A stretch of DNA of 49,635 nucleotides from Rhodospirillales bacterium (GTDB lineage Bacteria > Pseudomonadota > Alphaproteobacteria > Rhodospirillales > 2-02-FULL-58-16). Numbering within the stretch: position 1 is the stretch's first letter; each line of letters opens with the position of its first letter. A model generated the notes under the pieces. That model ran no database searches and was not told where the DNA came from. It saw only the letters and a list, made by a program, of their open reading frames with translations. The translations under genes and the position numbers were made by a program. The stretch spans positions 1 to 49,635 of the forward strand of contig DASCPW010000066.1 of NCBI GenBank assembly GCA_036012725.1. Direction: 5' to 3'. Below, piece by piece: positions 10,965 through 20,569 of this stretch.

Positions 10965-11669
10965 TTATCGGCCAACCTCCTCCAACCAGGCCACCATATC
11001 GTCGGTGACGTGGTGGACATGGCCGCCTTCGGCCCCTTCGGAAGGGCATGGATTATTGCTCCTCACCCACACCGTGGTCATGCCCAACGCCGCCGCCGGC
11101 TCCAAGTTGCGGGATATGTCCTCGATCATCACCGTCCTCAAAGGGTCGAGGCGATGGCGTTTGACCAGCCTCTTGTAGACCTCGGGCTCGGGCTTGGGCA
11201 AGTAACCGGCGGCGGCGATATCGAAAACGGCGTCGAAGTGATGGCCAACGCCCAGCCGAGCCACGACCCTTTCGGCATGATCGGCGGTGGCGTTGGTAAA
11301 AATGAGCTTGCGCCCGCGAAGGCGGGCCAGGGCCGCCGCCAAGACCGGATCCGGCGCCACCGGGGTGAGATCGATGGCGTGGACATGATCGAGAAAAGGG
11401 CGCGGCTCCATGCCGTGCCGGTTCATCAGTCCGCGCAAAGTGGTGCCGTATTGCCGGAAATAATGTTTTTGCAGGCGTTCGGCCTGGCTCAATTCCAATT
11501 CCAGGAAATCGGCGATATAGGAGCGCATGCGCTCGTCGATCTGGGCGAAGAGGTTGGACGAGGCCGGGTATAGGGTGTTGTCCAAGTCAAAGACCCAAGC
11601 CTCGGCGTTTTTCAAAAATCCGGGGCACCGGCTTGGCGGCGGCGCGGGCGACGCGGTTGATTGGGTCAT
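10965..11669 (-). CDS. Pyrimidine 5'-nucleotidase (HAD superfamily)
   Basis: [31 protein letters not shown] motifs; conserved position next to dapD and argB. Start ATG 11669 inferred. Confidence 0.9.
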   Translation of the reverse strand: MTQSTASPAPPPSRCPGFLKNAEAWVFDLDNTLYPASSNLFAQIDERMRSYIADFLELELSQAERLQKHYFRQYGTTLRGLMNRHGMEPRPFLDHVHAIDLTPVAPDPVLAAALARLRGRKLIFTNATADHAERVVARLGVGHHFDAVFDIAAAGYLPKPEPEVYKRLVKRHRLDPLRTVMIEDISRNLEPAAALGMTTVWVRSNNPCPSEGAEGGHVHHVTDDMVAWLEEVGR

Positions 11670-11827
11670 GGCCTTATTTGTGGGATCAGCAAGACGGCAC
11701 GGCAAGTCTTTTTCTAGGCTAGCAGGGCCTATCATGTTGTGGGTAAAGTACCATTTTTCATGGACAGGCGGTCCGTGCCGCCCGTTCATTATTGGAAGGG
11801 TATGGAGAGCCCATGTCAAAGGATAGC

Positions 11828-12348
11828 ATGCCCATGGCGCCCGATCTTTACGGCACTGAGGCTGAGTCTCTGCTCGCCGGCTATCCCGGCGCGGCGCTTC
11901 TCCTCGTCGCCGACCAGATAATCGAAGAAGAGGCGGGCATCAAGAAAAAGTCAAAAGGACATTCCCAAAAGCGCCATGCCGAGATTGCCCGCTCGCCGGG
12001 TCAATCCCCCTCGACCTGGCAAAGAAAATGCACCGCGACAAAAAACTGAACGGGGAAACCATCATCGGCGCCGTGCAATCCGGAGACGGTGAATTCGCCA
12101 TCGCGGCGTTGGCGGTGCTGGCTAAGGAGCGCGTGAAGGTGGTCGACAAGATTATCGATATGCAAAGCGCCAAGGGCGTCGTCGCCATCACCTGAAAAGC
12201 CGGTCTCACCATGCAACTGGCAATGACGTTGCAGGGCAAGCTGGCGCAAATCCAACCCGAGTACATGCTCAACCCCGGCGCCGGCGGGAAATTCCCTTTA
12301 AGCGACGAGGAAATGGAGTGGCAACTGGACTTTTTTGGTGATTTTTAG
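11828..12348 (+). pseudogene. Chimeric remnant: sensor-like N-terminus joined to a DUF2336-like C-terminus
   Basis: MPMAPD..LLAGYPGAALLL, then a frame change to LDLAKKMHRDKKL..SAKGVVAIT*KAGLTM..FPLSDEEMEWQLDFF. The in-frame TGA at 12193-12195 sits where W is expected. Confidence 0.65.
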
Positions 12349-12376
12349 GGCAAGTCCGGTTTGACGGGAACCACCA

Positions 12377-13294
12377 TCAGCCCGGATGGATCAGCGTGCC
12401 GGCGCCGTGCTCGGTGAACAGCTCGAGGAGCATGGCGTGGGGTACCCTGCCGTCGATGACGACGGCTCCATCGACGCCGTTCTCGATGGCTTCGAGGCAG
12501 GTTCCGATTTTTGGAATCATGCCGCCGTGGATGGTCCCGTCGGCAATATTGTCCCTGGCCTCCCCGGCCGTCATTTCGGAGATGAGACTGCCTTTTTTAT
12601 CTATGACTCCCTCGACGTCGGTCAACATCAACAGGCGCCGGGCAGTAACCGCCGAGGCAATAGCGCCGGCCGCCGTGTCGGCGTTGATATTCAGGGTCTC
12701 GCCATTGGGGCCGGCGCCGATCGGGGCGATGACGGGGGTGATGTCGGTCTCGTCGAAATAGTCAAGAATATGCGGGTTGACCCGGGTCGGTTCGCCGACA
12801 AGGCCCAAGTCTAGAATCCGCTCGATGTTGGAATCAGGGTCGCGCCGGGTGCGCCTGAGCTTCTCGGCCCTGATCAGGTTTCCATCCTTGCCGGAAAGGC
12901 CGACGGCGAAGCCACCGACCTCGTTGATGGCCGAGACGATCTGCTTGTTAATGGTGCCGGACAGCACCATTTCCACCACTTCGACCGTTTCTTTGTCGGT
13001 GATGCGAAGACCGTCTACGAACTGGCTTTTGATTTTGAGCCGTTCCAGCATGGCGCCGATCTGCGGTCCGCCGCCATGGACGACGACCGGGTTGATGCCG
13101 ACTTGCCGCAAGAGAACGACATCGCGGGCAAACAGCCGCGCCAGTTCGGCATTACCCATGGCGTTGCCGCCGAACTTGATGACGAAGGTCTCGCCCGCGT
13201 AACGGCGCATATAGGGCAGGGCCTCGGACAGCACCTTGGCCTGGGCGAGCCAGTCTTCCTTGGATTTGCCGTTTTTGTCGATTTTCTTGTTCAT
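12377..13294 (-). CDS. argB: Acetylglutamate kinase
   Basis: [40 protein letters not shown]. Confidence 0.96.
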   Translation of the reverse strand: MNKKIDKNGKSKEDWLAQAKVLSEALPYMRRYAGETFVIKFGGNAMGNAELARLFARDVVLLRQVGINPVVVHGGGPQIGAMLERLKIKSQFVDGLRITDKETVEVVEMVLSGTINKQIVSAINEVGGFAVGLSGKDGNLIRAEKLRRTRRDPDSNIERILDLGLVGEPTRVNPHILDYFDETDITPVIAPIGAGPNGETLNINADTAAGAIASAVTARRLLMLTDVEGVIDKKGSLISEMTAGEARDNIADGTIHGGMIPKIGTCLEAIENGVDGAVVIDGRVPHAMLLELFTEHGAGTLIHPG

Positions 13295-13390
13295 GGCCCT
13301 TGCAACTTACTTCAGTTATCGCCGCGCCGCCAGCGCCAGGGGATTTGTCATTATTGGAGACAGGGTTAATTTCCTTCTTGGAGATTATTG

Positions 13391-13519
13391 AAACGCCGAT
13401 GGCGCCGAGGTTCGCGGAGGACTACGAAAAAAATTATTCAATAATTCCAACAATACACGATCATCATTTTTCTTAACAAATCGAAGCATCCAAATTCTTT
13501 CTCCGCGCCCCTCCGCGTT
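13391..13519. repeat. REP-like element: imperfect inverted arms around an AT-rich spacer
   Basis: Left arm aaacgccgatggcgccgaggttcgcggagg, right arm ctccgcgcccctccgcgtt. A related copy lies at about 20280-20351. Confidence 0.55.
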
Positions 13520-13563
13520 GATAATTCTTTCCTTAAGCGGGGAATTTCTTGAAAACCAGATAG

Positions 13564-14217
13564 TCACCTATTTGCAGCCAGCGCCGCCAGCGCAGCGCGC
13601 AATTCGGCAATGCCGGAGCCCAGGCGGCTGCTGGCCGGAATCACCTTGGGATGCGCCGCCGGGTGGCCGGCCAGCTCGCCGATGAGGGCTTGGCCGCGAG
13701 CAGCGAGTTCCGTCTCGGTGATTTTATCGCTTTTGACGATCACCACCTGATAGGAGACCGCCGCCCCATCCAGCATGGCCATCACCTTGCGGTCCGAATC
13801 CTTGGCGCCGTGGCGGGCATCGATCAAAAGACAGCACCTGCGCAGTTCCGCCCGGCCTTTCAGATAGGCATCGATAAGCTCCGTCCAGCCGCTGATTTGT
13901 TCCTTCGGCGCGCGGGCGAAACCGTAGCCGGGCAGGTCTGCCAGCATCAGCCGGCCGCCAAGATCGAAGAAGTTGATCTGCCGCGTGCGGCCCGGCGTGT
14001 TCGAGGTCCGGGCCAAGGTCTTGCGGCCGGTCAGGGCGTTGATCAGGCTTGATTTGCCGACGTTGGAACGGCCCGCGAAGGCGACCTCCGGCAAGACCGT
14101 CTCGGGCACTTGCGCGAGGCTAGCGGCGCCGCTAATGAAGCGGCATTCCTGGACAAAAAGCCAGCGCCCCCGTTCCAGGGCCTCGTTAGAGTCTAGCTTC
14201 GTTTCCGAGGCTTGCAC
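13564..14217 (-). CDS. engB: Ribosome biogenesis GTP-binding protein YihA/YsxC
   Basis: GRSNVGKSS, SNTPGRT, DLPGYG. Start (GTG near 14217) is inferred. Confidence 0.94.
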   Translation of the reverse strand: MQASETKLDSNEALERGRWLFVQECRFISGAASLAQVPETVLPEVAFAGRSNVGKSSLINALTGRKTLARTSNTPGRTRQINFFDLGGRLMLADLPGYGFARAPKEQISGWTELIDAYLKGRAELRRCCLLIDARHGAKDSDRKVMAMLDGAAVSYQVVIVKSDKITETELAARGQALIGELAGHPAAHPKVIPASSRLGSGIAELRAALAALAANR

Positions 14218-14243
14218 GACATTCCCATCGATGCGCGGGCTGG

Positions 14244-16031
14244 CTACTTGACGCCCATGCGCCTCATGATGACCTGCTGTTGAATGACGGATAGCAGGTT
14301 GTTCCAAGCCCAGTAAATCACCAGCCCGGCCGGGAACCGCGCCAGCAGGAAAGTGAACATGATGGGAAGGAACATGAATATCTTGGCCTGCACGGGGTCG
14401 ACCGGCTGCGGGTTGAGCCTTTGCTGCAGGAACATGGTCACCCCCATGAGAATTGGCCACACCCCGATCATCAAGAATTCGGGCGGTGTCCACGGAATCA
14501 GGCCGAAAAGGTTGAACAACGTCGTTGGGTCGGGGGCCGACAAATCCTTGATCCAGCCGTAAAAGGGCTCATGGCGCATCTCGATGGCGATGAAAAGAAC
14601 CTTGTAAAGGGCGAAAAACACCGGCACCTGGATCAAAACCGGAAAACAGCCGGAGGCCGGGTTGGCCTTCTCGCGCTTATAGAGCGCCATCATCTCCTGG
14701 TTCAGCCGCGTCTTGTCGCCGCCGAATTGTTCCCTGAGCTTGAGCATCTCCGGCTGTAGTTTTTTCATTTTGCTCATCGCCTTGTAAGACTTGTTGGCGA
14801 GCGGGAAAAATACCAGCTTGATGGCCACCGTCAGCAACAGAATGGCAAGGCCGAAATTGCCGAAATGATTGTTGAAAAAAACCAGGGAGTGGAAAAGCGG
14901 CTTGGTCAGGTAAGGGAACCAACCCCAATCGATGGCCATGTCGAAGCGTCCGATACCGAGTGAGTCGTGGTATCCATCGATCAGGGAGACCTCCTTGGCG
15001 CCGGTGAACAGGCGGCTTTCCACCTCGACCGTAGCCCCGGGGGGCAATGCCCGTTGGCCACCCAGGAAGTCCACTTGATACTTATCGACACCGTTATCCA
15101 GGCGGTGGCTGAAGCGGCTCTCGACTTGGGCTTTCTGGTCGGGGATTATGGTCGCCAGCCAGTACTTGTCGGTTATGCCGAACCAGCCGCCGGTGGTGCA
15201 CTTCCAGAACAGGTTTCCGGGGGGGCGCTCGCGGTCGCTGGCGCAGGGTTTGAAAATGCTCTGTTCCGAAACGTCGTCGTAGTCCACCTCGTCGAGCGTC
15301 CCATCGAAAACGCCCAGCAACCCCTCGTGCATGATGAAAAAGCCGGTCACCTTCGGCGTGCCCCAGCGCGAGATCAGCCCATATGGGAAAAGGTTGACCG
15401 GCTGGACGCCGGTATTGTCGACCCGCTGGGTGATCTTGAACATGTAGTTCTCGTCCAAGGCGTAGGTCTGCGAGAACTTGAGTCCCTGTCCGTTGTCCCA
15501 GGTCAGGGTCACCGGGTTTGCCGGGCTCAGGGTGTCGCCGTCGGCCCGCCACACGGTCTCGGGCGTCGGCACCTCGAGCCCGGATTCGCGCACCCAACCG
15601 AACCTGGCGTAATAGGTCCCGGGCGAGCCGGGCGGCGACATGAACACGATCTCGTCGCTTTCCGGGTCCATCTCCTCGCGGTATCCGACCAGCGTCAGGT
15701 CATCGATCAGTCCGCCGGTCAAGGCAATGGAGCCACGCAGCCGGGGTGACGATATTTTCACCCTCGGCCCGCCTTCGGCGATGACCGTTTGACGGTCCTT
15801 GGCGGCCACCTGCTCGATCGGTGGCATGGCGCCGGGAGCGGCCGGGAGCCGGGACCCGCCGATGACCGTCGGCGTCGCCGGGGCGGCGCCCTTCGCCGTT
15901 TCGCCGGCTGGATCGCCTTGCTGCTGATCAACGGGCGATGACGGATATTTGAACCCGATGTAGAACTGGTAGCCGGCCAAAATGGCAATCGAAAAAATAA
16001 TTGCAAAGATCAAATTATGCTTTTCTGTCAT
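14244..16031 (-). CDS. yidC: Membrane protein insertase YidC
   Basis: N-terminal TM, periplasmic domain, [36 protein letters not shown]. Confidence 0.97.
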   Translation of the reverse strand: MTEKHNLIFAIIFSIAILAGYQFYIGFKYPSSPVDQQQGDPAGETAKGAAPATPTVIGGSRLPAAPGAMPPIEQVAAKDRQTVIAEGGPRVKISSPRLRGSIALTGGLIDDLTLVGYREEMDPESDEIVFMSPPGSPGTYYARFGWVRESGLEVPTPETVWRADGDTLSPANPVTLTWDNGQGLKFSQTYALDENYMFKITQRVDNTGVQPVNLFPYGLISRWGTPKVTGFFIMHEGLLGVFDGTLDEVDYDDVSEQSIFKPCASDRERPPGNLFWKCTTGGWFGITDKYWLATIIPDQKAQVESRFSHRLDNGVDKYQVDFLGGQRALPPGATVEVESRLFTGAKEVSLIDGYHDSLGIGRFDMAIDWGWFPYLTKPLFHSLVFFNNHFGNFGLAILLLTVAIKLVFFPLANKSYKAMSKMKKLQPEMLKLREQFGGDKTRLNQEMMALYKREKANPASGCFPVLIQVPVFFALYKVLFIAIEMRHEPFYGWIKDLSAPDPTTLFNLFGLIPWTPPEFLMIGVWPILMGVTMFLQQRLNPQPVDPVQAKIFMFLPIMFTFLLARFPAGLVIYWAWNNLLSVIQQQVIMRRMGVK

Positions 16032-16300
16032 GGTCGGCGTTCCCGTGCCTGCTCATCGGTGGGGACCGCCGGCGGGCAGCCGTCGGCGACGGGGTCGAAA
16101 CCCCAGCCGCCCAGGGGATGGCAACGGCAGAACCGCTTGACGGCGAGCCAGCCGCCACGCAAGGCGCCGAAACGGGTGACGGCCTCGAGGCCATAATTCG
16201 AACAAGTGGGATGATAACGGCAGGCGCCCGGCAACACCGGCGACAGCAGCAGCTGGTATCCTCTGATCAATGCCCGCAAAATCGTACTGGCCGGATTCAT
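16028..16300 (-). CDS. yidD: Membrane protein insertion efficiency factor YidD
   Basis: [10 protein letters not shown] and [13 protein letters not shown]; lies between rnpA and yidC. Confidence 0.95.
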   Translation of the reverse strand: MNPASTILRALIRGYQLLLSPVLPGACRYHPTCSNYGLEAVTRFGALRGGWLAVKRFCRCHPLGGWGFDPVADGCPPAVPTDEQARERRP

Positions 16301-16327
16301 TTTGTCATAAGCCTATTGTTGTTTTTT

Positions 16328-16711
16328 TTAACTCAGTTTAAGTGCATCCAGGCGTTTCAAGGCGGTTTCGAGATCCTTTAGCAGGGCGGCAAAGGGACGG
16401 CGTAAAGTCGCGTTGCGGCCGATAATCACGAAGTCATGCCCCTCCTTGGCTTGGGCCGGCATGACTTTACCGGCGGCGGCGCGTAGACGGCGACGGACCC
16501 GGTTGCGCTTAACGGCATTGCCGACTTTGCGGCTGACCGTGAAGCCGACGCGGATGGCGGGCGTCTCCTCTTGAATCTCCCCCCGGCGGCGATCACCGGG
16601 CCCACGGCGCCGGACTTGCAGGACCAAGCCGGGAGCGACCCACTTGCGTTTCACACCAGCGACCCGGAGAAATTCCGGCCGGCTCTTCAGGCGCGAAACG
16701 GCGGCGTCCAC
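16328..16711 (-). CDS. rnpA: Ribonuclease P protein component
   Basis: RVGFTVSRKVGNAVKRNRVRRRLR. Confidence 0.96.
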   Translation of the reverse strand: MDAAVSRLKSRPEFLRVAGVKRKWVAPGLVLQVRRRGPGDRRRGEIQEETPAIRVGFTVSRKVGNAVKRNRVRRRLRAAAGKVMPAQAKEGHDFVIIGRNATLRRPFAALLKDLETALKRLDALKLS

Positions 16712-16720
16712 GGTTTAATC

Positions 16721-16855
16721 CTAAGCTGAAAGGCGCTTGCGTCCCTTGGCGCGCCGCTTGGCGAGAACCCTGCGGCCGCCAACGGTCGCCATGCGGCTAC
16801 GGAATCCATGCCGCCGCTTACGGACGAGTCTGCTCGGCTGAAAGGTTCTTTTCAT
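16721..16855 (-). CDS. rpmH: 50S ribosomal protein L34 (not in the ORF track)
   Basis: Manual translation [44 protein letters not shown]. Confidence 0.97.
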   Translation of the reverse strand: MKRTFQPSRLVRKRRHGFRSRMATVGGRRVLAKRRAKGRKRLSA

Positions 16856-16865
16856 GGGCTCACCC

Positions 16866-17008
16866 CTAGAGCGGATCGTTATTGACCGAATTCACTTCGT
16901 GAAATCGATCATTCACGTGATTCCTCTCTACATCAATAATTTAGAGCAAACTCTCCAGATTGTTGGATCGCTTTTGGCGGTTTCATCAATCTGGAGAGTT
17001 TGCTCTAA
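16866..17008. repeat. Double-hairpin TAGAGC-bounded palindromic element (Bru-RS/RIME-like)
   Basis: Degenerate hairpin ctagagcggatc..gattcctctcta (16866-16930), then perfect 22-bp arms ttagagcaaactctccagattg (16941-16962) and caatctggagagtttgctctaa (16987-17008). Confidence 0.8.
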
Positions 17009-17025
17009 GGAAATTCAAGCCCCGC

Positions 17026-17054
17026 TGTATACGGTCTTGCCTGGGCGAAGTCAA
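17026..17054 (-). promoter_or_regulatory. Sigma70-like promoter for the rpmH-rnpA-yidD-yidC operon
   Basis: TTGACT-N17-TATACA on the minus strand. Confidence 0.6.
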
Positions 17055-17172
17055 CGCCAGCGGCGGTCACGAACGGATCACGCAATGGTTATTGGCTTGC
17101 CAAGACGGCCCCAACTACAATATGCAACGAAAATTGACGCTCGCCTGGAGATGAACACGAAAGACAAACGCA

Positions 17173-17904
17173 ATGACGGATGGAGAACCCCAGCCGGCAA
17201 AAAGGCCAATCTCTCCTTGGCTATTTCTGCCCATGTTCCTGCTCGCCGCCGGCGCCGTCATTTTTTTTACTCTCGGGTTGGACGACTACCTGAGCTTCGA
17301 GGCCCTCAAGGACAACCGTCAACGACTCCTCGCCCTGATCAATGATCACGCCGTCTTGGCGGCCATGGTATTCATGGCCGTCTATGCGGCGGGGATCATT
17401 TTCCTGCCGCCGTCGGGAACGGTAATGACCCTGGCCGGCGGGTTTGCCTTCGGCGCCGGAGCGGCGACCCTCTACGTGGTGGCGGCGGCGACAGTTGGGG
17501 CGACGGCGCTGTTCCTGGCCGCCAGGCTGTCCCTGGGCGAGATGCTGCACCAGCGCGCCGGCCCCGCCATCCGCAAGATGGAAACCGGCTTCCGCGACAA
17601 CGAGATGAGCTACATGCTGGTCTTGCGCTTGATCCCCCTGTTTCCTTTCTGGCTCGTCAATTTGGCGCCGGCCTTTCTCGACGTTCGCCTTCGCACTTTC
17701 GTCATCGGCACTTTTTTCGGCATCATTCCCAGCACCGCCGTCTTCGCCTATGTGGGTTCCGGTTTGGGGAGCATTTTCGAGACCAGCGAATCATTCTCCA
17801 TCGCCGCCGTCATGACCCCGCGAATCATCGCCGGTCTCGCCGCCCTCGCCCTGCTCGCCCTGGCTCCGGTCGCCTACAAGAAAATCAAGGGCGGCGGGCT
17901 TTGA
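17173..17904 (+). CDS. TVP38/TMEM64 (DedA/VTT) family membrane protein
   Basis: TLAGGFAFG, ATVGATALF, LRLIPLFPFWLVNLAPA. Confidence 0.92.
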   Translation: MTDGEPQPAKRPISPWLFLPMFLLAAGAVIFFTLGLDDYLSFEALKDNRQRLLALINDHAVLAAMVFMAVYAAGIIFLPPSGTVMTLAGGFAFGAGAATLYVVAAATVGATALFLAARLSLGEMLHQRAGPAIRKMETGFRDNEMSYMLVLRLIPLFPFWLVNLAPAFLDVRLRTFVIGTFFGIIPSTAVFAYVGSGLGSIFETSESFSIAAVMTPRIIAGLAALALLALAPVAYKKIKGGGL

Positions 17905-17925
17905 GAAATTAGGAAATCCACGGCC

Positions 17926-18000
17926 ATGGCTGATCAGTTAAAAGTGGACATCTGCGTCATCGGCGGCGGGAGCGGCGTTCAAATCGAGGCCGTCGCCTGA
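17926..18000 (+). pseudogene. 5' stub of a pyridine nucleotide-disulfide oxidoreductase (Lpd/MerA-like)
   Basis: MADQLKVDICVIGGGSG is the FAD-binding GxGxxG start, and it is cut off after 17 codons. Confidence 0.7.
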
Positions 18001-18382
18001 AGGCCGGCTCGAATGGCAAAACAGCGTTGATTTTGAACTCGACCTCCATGCCGACCGGGCTCAGCTTTTCCGCGTCCTCAACAACCTCGGACGCAACGCC
18101 CAACAATCCGGCGCCACCTTGGCGCGGATAAGCGCCGGCAAGGACAAGGGCCGCGTCTTCATCGACATCGCCGATGACGGCCCCGGCCTAGCGCCGAAAG
18201 CGAAAGAGATGCTTTTTCAGCCTTTTAGCGGCTCGGCGCGCAAATGCGGAACCGGTCTTGGCCTGGTCATCGTCCTCGACATCATGCGCGCCCACGGCGG
18301 CGATATTTCTTTGCTCGAAAGCAGCGCCAAGGGAACCACCTTCCGCCTAGAACTGCCGGAGCAACACCAGAAAGTTCGGTGA
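17977..18382 (+). pseudogene. C-terminal HATPase fragment of a sensor histidine kinase
   Basis: ADRAQLFRVLNNLGRNA (N box), DDGPG (G1), LFQPF (F), GTGLGL (G2). No H-box, sensor domain or start codon. Confidence 0.8.
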
Positions 18383-18399
18383 CAGAATTTCCGGGCCGC

Positions 18400-20202
18400 T
18401 CAGTCTCCCAGCGCCACGCCTTGGCGGCGCCGGTCGGCTCCTCCCGTCAGTCCTTCTCCGGTGATCACGATGCCGTGCAGGCCGCTGGTCAAGGGCTTGG
18501 TCCTGATTTCGTGGCCGAGCTTCTCCAGGACCGCCCGCAAGGCAGCGAGCGGGGTATGGCGTTCCAACTCCGTCACCCCGTTGCGGTTGCTGAAATTGGC
18601 CAGGTCGATCGCTTCTTGGATGTTCAATTTCCAATCCAGCACGGCGACCATGGTCTTGGCGACGTAACCGATGATCCACGGCCCGCCGGGCGAGCCCAGC
18701 GTCATCACCATCCGCCCTTGGCCATCGAGCACCAATGTCGGCGCCATGGAGCTCCGCGGCCGCTTGCCGGCGGCGACGCGGTTGGCCACCGGCGCCCCGC
18801 CTTTGTTGGGAAGGAACGAAAAGTCGGTCATCTGATTGTTAAGCAGGAAACCGCGAACCATCAGCCGCGAGCCGAAAACGTTCTCGATGCTGGTGGTCAT
18901 GGCGACGGCGTTGCCGTCGCCGTCGATGACGCTGACATGGGTAGTCGAGAGGCCATCGCCGCCGTCACCGGGGGCGCGCCCGAGATCGGCGCCGGCGGCC
19001 GGCATTCCCGGCCGGGCGACACCCAGGCTCGCGCCGAGGGAAATTTCCTTGGCGCGCAATTCCAGATATCCGGGGTCGAGCATCCCGGCGGCGGGCACCG
19101 CCGCGAAATCGGGATCGGCTATATATAAGTCGCGATCGGCGAAGGCCAGGCGGCTAGCCTCGGCGATCAGATGGACGGCTTCCACCGAGCCCGGCTCCAG
19201 CGCCGCCAGATCGAAGCGCTGCAAGATGCCGAGAATCTGCAAGGTGGTGATGCCGCCCGCCGAAGGCGGCGGCGCGCCACAAGCCAGCCACAGCCGGTAG
19301 AACAGGCATGCCGCTTGCCGCCTTTTCGCTTCATAGCCCGCCAGGTCGGCCATGGTCATAGCGCCGGGGTTGCGCTTGGCGCCGTTGACGGCCTTGACGA
19401 TATCCTCGGCGATTGGGCCCGTGTAGAAGGCATCGGCGCCGTGCTGAGCGATCAGGCGCAAGGTTTCGGCCAGGGGTTTGTTGACGAGGAGCGCTCCCAC
19501 CGCTTTCGGCTTGTCCTCGGGGTCGAAAAAATAGGCGCCGGTTTGGGCGAAGGACTTGAGGTGCTTGTCCCTGGCAATCAATTCGTGCAAGCGCGGCGAG
19601 ACGGGGAACCCCTTCAGGGCAAGTTCGATGGCCGGCTCGAACAGCTTCGCCCAGGGCAGACGGCCGTGCTCCCCGTGGGCCATTTCGAGGAACCGGAGGA
19701 GGCCGGGAACGGCAACGGAGAGCCCCCCCGGCACCACCTGGGCAAAAGCCCTGGGTTCGCCCTGGCCATCCAGGAACATATGGGGGTTGGCGGCTTGCGG
19801 GGCCGTTTCACGGCCGTCGTAAACGCCGACTTCGCCGCTTTCGGCGGCATAATGCAGCATGAACCCACCGCCGCCGATTCCCGACGACTGGGGTTCGACC
19901 AGGGTCAATACCATCTCGGCGGCGATGGCGGCATCGACGGCGCTGCCGCCGGCCCGCAAGATTTCCCGCCCCGCCCTGGCGGCAAGCGGATGCGCGGCAG
20001 CGATCATGTGACGCTTGCCACGCGTCGGCTCCGAGGGCAAAGGCGGCGAACCGGCGACGGCATCGGCCATTGGCTCGCCTTGCCGTGGCGCCTGGCAGGC
20101 ACTTAACGCCACTGCCAGGACGGCGGCGACAACGGCGCAAAAGCGCTTGCCGGCCCGTCGAGCCGGATAAGCCATGAAACCCTCCCAATCGAAACCGTTC
20201 AA
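18400..20202 (-). CDS. ggt: Gamma-glutamyltransferase (lipoprotein-type signal)
   Basis: GGSAVDAAIA, VEPQSSGIGGGGF, DGRETAP, catalytic TTH, LLNNQMTDF, KRPRSSMAP, ADRRRQG. The start may be slightly downstream. Confidence 0.94.
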   Translation of the reverse strand: MNGFDWEGFMAYPARRAGKRFCAVVAAVLAVALSACQAPRQGEPMADAVAGSPPLPSEPTRGKRHMIAAAHPLAARAGREILRAGGSAVDAAIAAEMVLTLVEPQSSGIGGGGFMLHYAAESGEVGVYDGRETAPQAANPHMFLDGQGEPRAFAQVVPGGLSVAVPGLLRFLEMAHGEHGRLPWAKLFEPAIELALKGFPVSPRLHELIARDKHLKSFAQTGAYFFDPEDKPKAVGALLVNKPLAETLRLIAQHGADAFYTGPIAEDIVKAVNGAKRNPGAMTMADLAGYEAKRRQAACLFYRLWLACGAPPPSAGGITTLQILGILQRFDLAALEPGSVEAVHLIAEASRLAFADRDLYIADPDFAAVPAAGMLDPGYLELRAKEISLGASLGVARPGMPAAGADLGRAPGDGGDGLSTTHVSVIDGDGNAVAMTTSIENVFGSRLMVRGFLLNNQMTDFSFLPNKGGAPVANRVAAGKRPRSSMAPTLVLDGQGRMVMTLGSPGGPWIIGYVAKTMVAVLDWKLNIQEAIDLANFSNRNGVTELERHTPLAALRAVLEKLGHEIRTKPLTSGLHGIVITGEGLTGGADRRRQGVALGD

Positions 20203-20279
20203 ATTGACGGCGACGGCGACAAACTAGCCTATCATCGGGCACAAGCAAAGCCGCCTTGACGGCGTTCGTCACACTACTT

Positions 20280-20351
20280 TTTCCTCCGCGTCCCTCGGCG
20301 CCCATTGCGTTAGGATTAAACACCGAGGGCGCCGATGGACGCGGAGGAAAG
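20280..20351. repeat. REP-like palindrome, same family as 13391-13519
   Basis: Arms tttcctccgcgtcc and ggacgcggaggaaa, with inner tcggcgccc and gggcgccga. Confidence 0.65.
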
Positions 20352-20434
20352 CCTGGGTGGGCCATAAACTCGCGGTATAATTAATTGCGACTATTCACAA
20401 CACTGCCCGTGACCACGACGACGGGAAAAGAGCC

Positions 20435-20569
20435 ATGGACTTCACGGCCATATAGGAAGAGGCCGGCACCGGCTGGGTGGTGTGGATGATCGTTTTGTTC
20501 GCCGGTGTCGTCTTCTGGGCGTTCCGGCCGAAAAACAAGAACCGCCAGGACCAAGACAGCGACCTATGA
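20435..20569 (+). pseudogene. ccoQ: CcoQ/FixQ-like cbb3 oxidase small subunit with an in-frame amber stop
   Basis: MDFTAI*EEAGTGWVVWMIVLFAGVVFWAFRPKNKNR. A single TM helix followed by WAFRPKNK is typical of CcoQ. TAG at 20453-20455. Confidence 0.65.

Noticed and set aside
13385-13567. 60-aa AT-rich ORF between argB and engB
   Set aside because: It is largely a translation of the repeat arms and spacer, with no evidence of coding function.
16854-17345. 163-aa plus-strand ORF across the rpmH leader
   Set aside because: It runs through the palindromic repeat and the promoter and overlaps TVP38 out of frame, with no protein features.
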